Part shown: piece by piece, positions 40,001 to 64,000 of the stretch
Layout: each line of letters starts with the position of its first letter
How positions within the stretch are numbered: position 1 is the stretch's first letter
NCBI GenBank assembly: GCA_977016875.1
Contig: CDRNST010000214.1
Span: 3,162,001 to 3,226,000 of the forward strand
DNA: 64,000 bases
Direction of reading: 5' to 3'
Source: Pavona decussata
Taxonomy: Eukaryota
Made by a program: the position numbers and the translations under genes
Notes under the pieces: generated by a model
The model's database searches: none
Told to the model about the DNA's origin: nothing
What the model saw: only the letters and a program-made list of their open reading frames with translations

Positions 40001-41837
40001 TTCCAACCATGACGTTGTTTGCCTGGTGATGGAAGAGCTTCAATTCCAGAATAATCTGACTGGGGTGGCCCAGGCTGTCGTGGACAGAATAGGAAGGATA
40101 CATCATGATACATACATGAACCAACCGTGCAAGTGCCAGAAGAGAGATGACATGACGATACTCATTAGAATTTTCAAGGAGGAGATCGCTAACAGTTTGA
40201 AGAGCCCAAGAGCCACTGGAAGGCAGACAATGGCAGGTACAGAACTCTTCAGGAAGAAGTTAAAAACTTTTTTTTCCAAGGTCAGGGAAATGATTATCAG
40301 TATAAATTTTATCTCAAAGTTAGTGAATTTTTCTTTTGGCTAACAACTAGGTTCGCAAAAGAGTTTCCTTATTGGCAATGATGAAATGGCATTTCGTTGT
40401 CAATAAGGAGACGTTTTGCTGAGTTTTCATTGACACAAACCAATTTTCACTGTTCTTCCGAGACGAAATAATGCTTTTAGGAATAAAGCCAGCACTGGAG
40501 CTACAATGCTGGTTTTATTGTCAAAGCATTTGTCTTGAATAATAAGGTACTGGCACAACTTTATTGAATATTTATACATTAATCATGAACTTGGCCATTT
40601 CAACTCAGTCCAAAATTACACTGGACCCCCGCTTTCCGGACGCCCACTTAATACACACACATCATTGTTACGGACGCCCGACGTTTTGGTCCTGCACTCC
40701 CCCCCCACAAACCCCCCCCCCCCCCCATACATTTTCCTTAAAATTAACCCGCTTAAGAAGGACACTGATAAAATGGATACTTATTCTGGTCCCAACGATC
40801 TCTGTAATAAGCAAAGTTTGTCTAAATATGCGCGGGAATATAAGTACCCTCCAAAACATCTCCTCTGGTGCACTGAGTTTGGAATAAACACCCCAGGCGT
40901 TTATATTGGTAAATATGGTAACACAGTTCTAGCTTTGATGTCCGAGATGAAATCCCATAGTTTGACCTTTCAAAGAAAGCGTATTGAGCAATACTTTCCT
41001 GTGGTGCTGTTTGTTATGCTGTAAAAGGTTGATCTTTCTTTTTGAGTCGGTGGATGAAATCCTAAATTGTGACCATTCAAATTAAAGTTATTGAATATAA
41101 GATACTTCTGCTTTTGAGTCAATGAAATCCTAAAGTGTGACAATTTGAATGGACGCAATTGAACAGTATTTTCTATGGTGCTGTTTGTTTTTCTACACAA
41201 GTAACACAAAATACTTCTATCTTTTGAGCATGGACGAAATCCTTCAGTTATAAACCATTTCGTATTTTCCCGGAAATGTTGTTAGTTGGAATATCTTAGG
41301 TTGAGTTGAAAGAGTATTGAAATTATTGTAAATACATTAAAGCGCCATAATTTAAATTTTTACCTTTCTCTTTTAGGTATGCCGCCGGTGAGTCCCGGCG
41401 TTCTTCCTGTATCTGTCCCTTACAACCCAGCAAATGCAGTTTCCGGTGGTGCACCTTCCCTATTCATACCACAGGGATTCCAACCCAAACCACAGGCCGG
41501 CAACTCACCAAGCCCAACCACCTCCACCCCCACAAACGCACCGGCGCCGCAATTTGTTGTCACGAGTTCAAGGTCTGACACTCAGAGCTCTGCCTCCTCT
41601 GCGAGCGAGTCTCCTTCCACAATGAATCCAGCTGAGCCTGGAGCCGTGGCTAGAGAACAGGGCGGGGGCTTAAGCGCCGAGGAAACGCAAGAAAATGAAG
41701 GCGAAAGCAAGAAGGATGGTGAAGATGTTAGAGTAGAGCCTTACGTCGATTTCTCGGACTTTTATCGCCAGGTAGCAGAGTATGGAGAAGACTATGTTTA
41801 TGGATGGGATAAGAACGAAACTGAAGCAGCAGCTTAG
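28099..41837 (+). CDS. TAB1: TGF-beta-activated kinase 1 binding protein 1 (PP2C fold), 7 exons, ~536 aa
   Basis: Exons 28099-28125 (MAAKRTSTL), 32183-32435 (WTDDLPVCKLSGVG...QRLPAELLLGQL), 33997-34124, 35232-35429, 37393-37562, 39863-40236, 41377-41837; 1611 nt in frame. C-terminal VLPVSVPY (p38-binding type) and VEPYVDFSDFY (TAK1-binding type) motifs. Confidence 0.93.
29153..30714 (-). CDS. Transposase derivative: PHD-like finger + FLYWCH zinc finger + C-terminal LEGWHN segment, lacking most of the DDE core; 3 exons, ~379 aa
   Basis: Exons 30714-30603 (CILC...QCDGCLRWNQRTC), 30443-29965 (WFCQSC...GKQKLIDSWGYSY...WQC), 29701-29153 (RCKATV...HNH...RPQDLEGWHNGLN); canonical GT-AG sites, 1140 nt open. 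Confidence 0.75.
31145..31420 (+). repeat. 62-bp tandem repeat (~4.4 copies), subterminal in the MULE element
   Basis: gattgat(a/g)cg recurs at 31148, 31211, 31273, 31335 and 31397. Confidence 0.9.
33381..33762. mobile_element. Foldback MITE with TTAA TSD (Kolobok-like termini)
   Basis: TTAA|AGTGCGCCTAACCCC...GGGGTTAGGTGCACT|TTAA; nearly the whole element is palindromic. Confidence 0.85.
34345..34635 (+). repeat. Interspersed repeat family, copy 2 of 3
   Basis: Matches 12165-12458. Confidence 0.8.
34900..35169 (+). repeat. Interspersed repeat family, copy 3 of 3
   Basis: Matches 12165-12458 and 34345-34635. Confidence 0.78.
36190..36887. mobile_element. MITE with ~110-bp TIRs and TTAA TSD
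   Basis: ggttaccgtac...tccaagcgatgtagc...tttaaa inverted at 36780-36887; TTAA on both sides. Confidence 0.85.
37945..38150 (+). pseudogene. Probable Crypton-type (tyrosine recombinase) N-terminal coding remnant
   Basis: LKDAAENLNMRKSTINWVTVFENW...PEQLDKVFEGF resembles the NTxKST-W-F-xxW...ELDxxLxxF region of Crypton/DUF3504-associated proteins; recognised from memory only. Confidence 0.5.
39033..39320 (+). mobile_element. tRNA-derived SINE
   Basis: 5' A/B-box-like head (tggcacattggtgagagcgc...ggtttgattccc), body gctactccggttttcccctctc, (ttta)n-like tail. Confidence 0.75.
39597..39833 (+). mobile_element. tRNA-containing repeat, copy C
   Basis: tRNA-Thr(AGT)-like core at 39700-39772, with upstream and downstream sequence shared with copies A, B and D. 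Confidence 0.82.
40925..41260 (+). repeat. Degenerate ~100-bp tandem repeat
   Basis: Recurrent tgaaatcc(t/c)a...tgac...tg(a)agcaatactttcctgtggtgctgtttgtt units. Confidence 0.7.
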
Positions 41838-43756
41838 CACAGTTGCAGGCAAATTTTAACTGAAAAATTTCTTCGTTGTTTATATGCTCGTGAGAAATAA
41901 GCTACGGTGTGGTTATTGCGCGTACCACACGCCTAAGACGCCTTGGGAGTGCTTGCATGCCAGCAAGCTCTCCAATGCTTCTTATTTTTTTTGCCTGGTC
42001 CCTGTTAGGCTTTTTCCCGGGCCCTCACCATCGATTCGTTTCGTTGACGTGACCAAAGCGAACGGTCGGCCACTCTTTCGCTCGGACCACGTGACCCGAA
42101 ATTAAAAACAAAGAGAGGCCTTTCCTAAGCAACTTATCAGTCTAGGTTGGCACATTTCGCTCAACTTTGTAGAACACCTGGACCTGTTTTTGTGTCAATA
42201 CTTGTTTTTCTTCCTCCTGCATGATGATTCGTACAAAATTTAAAAGTAAGTTAACTTGTTGGAGACCGGGGTTCGATTCCTCGCCGGTGAACCATATTTT
42301 CACCATAGTTGCCTTCAATTGACTATGTTTTCACATAGTACGTAACATCTTGCTTTTACACGTTGACCTACTTTGTACCTTTGATATAACAGATCATTAC
42401 AGTGATCCTGTGTGAAAATATGGCTGATTCACTTAGTATGAAGATTCCCTGGTTTTCGTTTCAAAATTTAAAAGGGTTTTGTATATTTTTTTTTCACACT
42501 AACAATATAAATGGAACATTAGAGGCTTTAGGTGCAGCCATGTTGTGAGCTTGGTTCACCTACCAACAAAGTGTCCACGGAAGAACACTGACGCCCAAAT
42601 CGTCAGAAAATCAAGATTACTGTAGGTCATATAGTAGATGGTCAGAGTGGGAATGAAAGAAAAAGCGCATTAACTTTAATATTCAAAGAGCTTGTTTCTC
42701 ACTGCTTTGAACTGTAGCTCAGTGGCGTGCAACGAAAGTCTCCACCGTAACATCGGCCGCGCAAATGATACACTTCACTTGGGGAATTTTGTCCAACGCG
42801 GACTCCCCAGCCTAACCGGCAGTTTGACAGTAAGTTTCTTTGTCTTGTAAGGTTTTCGTTTTGCCTAACTGACAAGTTTTAGTGACCCGTTTGTACTTGG
42901 CATTTTGTCTAATGTGGTCTCCCCAGCCAATACTGGCATTTCGACGCTAAGTTTGTTTGCTTTGTAAGTTTATTTGCTTGACTGACATATGATCTGTTTG
43001 TACTTGAGGTATTTTGGTCCAAAGCGGACTCTTCAACTCAACTGGCAGCTTGCTTGTGAGAGAAAGTTTGCTTAGCTTTTAGCCTAAGTGGCGACATAAG
43101 ATGGTTATACTCTCAGTCCTTCATTTGACCAGGAACTGGCAAAAGGATCGGCCGATACCAGTTTATTCAAATCAATCCGATACAACTACGATATGTACCG
43201 ATAACGGACATTTTTTCGATTCAATATTGATTTCTATATCGATATAATGACGTGGCAGTTCATAACTTGTTTTGGTGAAAAATATTTGGTACCAATATCG
43301 GCCCATCCTAGCTTATAAAAATACTTGGAATCTGCTTGTTGCAATGTTCCCAACGTTTCTTAATTCTTTCTGTTGAAATGTCCGCTCGGAAGGCCTAAAT
43401 AGTCTCATAGTCTCATGAAAAACTAGCGTTTAATTTCTTTGGTGAAATGTTACATTAGACTTTCAAAAACATGAGAAAATTAGTTGATAATTCCCTTTCT
43501 TTTGGAAAAATTCAAGTGCATTAAAACTTTTTCAATAAAAATGACGCGCCCAAAGTTTTTCCTTAGGGAGGGGTAATGACGTAAGAATTACGTCATTGTT
43601 TATGAACAGCCACCATCTTGGATTAGCTGCATTTCTCGACTTCTTAAAAACTTATGATCAGGAGAGCATTAAAATTGACTCAAACGTTATCAAAACCAAC
43701 CAAGAAACGGTAAAATGACACAAAACATTGCAACGAAAAACTTAAAAAAAGTGACA

Positions 43757-43998
43757 CTTTCGAGAAACATGGCATGCCTCTCGATACGCTTTTGTCGTGG
43801 AAACATTAAATTCCGGGAACAATGACATCCCCTATTAACTTGTTGCCACAGAAATTTTGGGAAGAATAGAAATATCCCATCTTTCGACAAACATGTCATG
43901 CCTCTCAATATGCGTTTGTCGTGGAAACGTTAAATTCCGTGAACAATGACATCCCCTATTGTTGCCACAGAAATTTTTGGAAGAATGAAAATATCCCA
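43757..43998 (+). repeat. 124-bp tandem duplication
   Basis: ctttcga.aaacatg.catgcctctc...gaacaatgacatcccctatt...aatatccca at 43757 and 43881. Confidence 0.85.
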
Positions 43999-44367
43999 GG
44001 TGATTAGGATAAAGTAACTACAATGGTGTACAAAATGGCTGGGGGCAATTGTTTCAATGTACGCCGTTTCGCTTCTAATTACACTCCCCCACCCCTTCTC
44101 CCCAAAACAATGTTGAAGTCCACAAAGCAGTTTGGGTACACGGGTTAACACATTGCAAGAAGGTTGGGGACATGGGAGGGGGGACGGGACGTTTTCATTG
44201 GTGCGTAAAAGTTTCCGGTTGCGTAAGAAAATAACGTGAATGATTACTTGTTGCAATACTTTTGTCGTGGATTGTAGCAGTAAGGTGTGAGTGCTTTGCA
44301 CTGACGTTTTCCCCTTTGTGAGATGCTAAGCTCCACGAATTTTGTTAGTTTTCATGAAGTTCGTTGG

Positions 44368-44461
44368 TAATCTCGTACCCCGATCTCAGTCGTCGGTTCG
44401 GGAATGTCGAAATGTGAGATCTCCCCTCCGCCTGACCGTGGGAGATCTGGGTACGAGATTA
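44368..44461. mobile_element. 94-bp miniature TIR element with 9-bp TSD
   Basis: taatctcgtaccc...gggtacgagatta flanked by gttcgttgg on both sides. Confidence 0.85.
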
Positions 44462-44708
44462 GTTCGTTGGTTCCGCGAGCGAATGACGTACTCCAAGTCG
44501 AAGACAGGCTGCAGGGCAAATTATTTATAGTTTTATGTTGATGTTCACGTCAGAACGAACTTAACACCATCAGTCCTTTATCTCTTCGTAGAGAAAAGGG
44601 TGATCAATTCATTCCCTCCTTCCAAGTTGCTTTCTTTAGGTGTGGTCTATGTGCGCGATAAGGTTCCGCGAGAAAAAGTGAGAGAAAAAGGGGGGACTGG
44701 GACCTCCC

Positions 44709-44770
44709 TAATCTCGTACCCAGATCTCCGACATTCCCGAACCGACGACTGAGATCGGGGTACGAGATTA
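44709..44770. mobile_element. 62-bp miniature TIR element with 9-bp TSD, same family, opposite orientation
   Basis: taatctcgtaccc...gggtacgagatta flanked by ggacctccc on both sides. Confidence 0.85.
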
Positions 44771-45127
44771 GGACCTCCCCTCTCCCTAGTCTGCCCTTTT
44801 CTCGCTCCCCCTCCCCCTCCCCGACTATATAAGGAGGCTAGATCGGTCACAGTAAACGATAACCTTAGATTGTCAACCCAGGCAATTGTCTCAGCCCTTC
44901 TACGTGACCATTAACTAGAAAGGAATGCTTGACTTTGTATCATAATTTAAACAGGAAATTGGACATTGATCACTTTCATTCTGATCACAAAGAGATAATT
45001 CTCATTCTCTCTTGTGATCACTCCTTCATGTTCTGGCGCCGAAATGCTTGCTCTTACAAACTGAAAAATTTTTACTGTTCAACGAAGCCAAATTTCACGG
45101 TGAACTCGTATAATTATTAATTTTTTT

Positions 45128-45613
45128 TCGACGCCATTTTGACGGGTAGGCAAACACGTCTGAAATAACAGTGTTTGTATGGGAATCCGATGTCAAATAA
45201 TTTTCATAAAACATCGCTTCTGAAAAATTCATGAGTTGGAAACTTTTAGCACTAGGAAAAGGATTTTAAGAAAAAAAATTGGAGGGATGTAGCTGTGCCA
45301 GAAAGCGTTCAGTCGTGTTTTGAACTTTCCAAGCATTTCCCTGTATTTTTTTCCCGCGAACTATTTTTAGTAGCAGTTCGCGGCTGGTTCGCTATACAGA
45401 CAAATGTATGGAAAGATAAAAACACGACTAGACGCTTTCTGGCACAGCTACATCCCTCCAATTTTTTTTCTTAAAATCCTTTGCATAGTGTTAAAAGTTT
45501 CCAACTCATGAATTTTTCAGAAGCGATGTTTCATGAAAATTATTTGCCATAGGATTTCCATACAAACACTGTTATTTCAGACTTGTTTGCCTACTCGTCA
45601 AAATGGCGTCGGA
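45128..45613. mobile_element. Foldback element with ~190-bp inverted arms
   Basis: cgacgccattttgacg...tcgtgtttt is inverted as aaacacga...cgtcaaaatggcgtcg, with a ~100-bp spacer. Confidence 0.85.
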
Positions 45614-46187
45614 AACCGTGATAAGGCCTATTGGTCCCTATTAGCCTTAACTACTTGCAGGTAGAGCTGTGATTTACCTAAGCGATTCTCTCTAGAAATG
45701 TGTTTACTTGTCATTTAATTTAATTAATAGCTTAAGCTTGAAAGGTGAATAAAACATTTTCATTTTCATCAGAAATGAAACCGATCAATTGATTTTGGCT
45801 GTTTCAGCCTCGAATATCTTTTCATCATAGCAGAAAAATTGACTCGGTATTTGTTTAGTTTTTAAGGCAGAAATTGATACGTGGCAAGTAAGCAAGCGTG
45901 GGCAAAAAAAATTTCTAGACGGCTAATAAGAGGATAATCCTTAAGAACCGGCCCAAACAACACGAAATCTGGAGTTCACTTTACAGTCATACAACTTTAC
46001 AAAACAAAACAAATATTAAACATCCTTACATGGATCATAACGATTTCCTTTTAGTTGTTTGTCTGAATTTGGAAACGCGGTTGTTAATGACGAAAGCAAT
46101 TTACACTTTATTTGCGGACACGAGCGAATACCGGACAGATTTATTTATTATTTTGTTGACCTCGTACTTGTGATCACATCACGATTG

Positions 46188-46197
46188 CCTTAAATGG
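46188..46197. promoter_or_regulatory. Consensus CArG box (candidate SRF site) upstream of the myosin start codon
   Basis: CCTTAAATGG = CC(A/T)6GG; one-mismatch CCTTACATGG at 46024-46033. Confidence 0.5.
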
Positions 46198-46818
46198 TAA
46201 TTGCCCACACTTCTGGTTTCTTGAAATGCAGGAAAACTTGTGCGTTACGAGAAACCTATGAGGTCATAGCCAGGCTGAAATTTCTCATAAATATTGAACG
46301 AAAAATTTCTTTCTTGATTTAAATATTTGCTCTAAAAACGGAAGGAAACGGTCTGGAATATTTAAAATTCCAATTTTAAAGATAACACAATTCGGACAAT
46401 TCTGGGGCTGAACTTATTTGTTTATACTTCTCAAAGTGATGGTTTGGGGTTGGTTGTTTTGTTTACTACGACAGAAATACGATTCAGGCTATTTCTTTTT
46501 CTTTGAAGACCGATACGAAAGCCTTTCTAATATTCAAATTCAGAGGTGTGTCACCCATTGGCAAGGTTGGGTGATTTCTTTCAAGAGGCAGTGTAGCGGA
46601 ACTGGATTTAACTTGACGTAACGCAATCGATTTTTTCGATCAATAAAAGTTTAGTTCAAGTCTTTGCCCATTTGAAAATACTTCCCGTTTGTTCTGTAAC
46701 TCGTGTCACTCACGTTACAAAACAGAAAACAATGTTAGTAATGGTGAAACGAAACAGAAATTAGCTTTACAGAATATTTTATTTTCCTCACTGATCGAAA
46801 TGTTGCATGACGATTCCG

Positions 46819-46850
46819 CCAATCAGGAGTCAGGTATGACGTCACGTCAC
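46819..46850 (+). promoter_or_regulatory. CCAAT box plus CRE palindrome near the myosin 5' end
   Basis: CCAATCA at 46819 and TGACGTCA at 46837-46844, about 210-230 bp upstream of the ATG. Confidence 0.4.
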
Positions 46851-47050
46851 GGGGGTGAGGCTATTACATCTCGTCGGAGAGAGTTCCTAGGTGGACTCTA
46901 GTGGAAATATTCTAAAATTGTGTTAGGCTTTCTTTTATTTTAGCTTGGTGGAGACCGGTTTGGAGAGCACAGTTTCGTCTCTGTCAATTAAAGAAGTTCA
47001 AAGTGTGTGGTTTGCTGAGCCTAGCTCGCAGTGAGTAGCGACCATCAAAC

Positions 47051-64000
<16,950 letters not shown>

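Noticed and set aside
42265-42295. tRNA-Asp-like sequence ggagaccggggttcgattcc
   Set aside because: Only a T-arm/B-box fragment; no 5' half.

Overview
AT-rich, intron-containing animal genomic DNA; the gene sequences and repeat families suggest a cnidarian, probably a stony coral (inference). Four host genes can be assembled by hand with consistent splice phases. (1) A myocardin-related transcription factor (MRTF), + strand, 7271/8356-16457, with two candidate alternative first exons. (2) An intronless DCUN1D3-like gene, - strand, 25405-26310. (3) TAB1, + strand, 28099-41837, 7 exons. (4) The 5' part of a non-muscle/smooth-type myosin II heavy chain, + strand, 47051 to beyond 64000, 14 exons seen, with a U12-type intron. 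Introns and spacers are full of MITEs, a tRNA-SINE, a Penelope-type terminus with a hammerhead motif and a 3-kb MULE element in TAB1 intron 1. Most notable observations: the TAB1 retains PP2C catalytic residues that vertebrate TAB1 has lost; a four-copy repeat carries an internal tRNA-like module with terminal redundancy and Penelope-like inversion; the MULE has an in-frame deletion of most of its catalytic core yet keeps an open spliced PHD-FLYWCH ORF; and the MRTF-DCUN1D3-TAB1-MYH linkage mirrors human paralogous regions, with a perfect CArG box upstream of the myosin. Coordinates were counted by eye; repeat boundaries may be off by a few bases.
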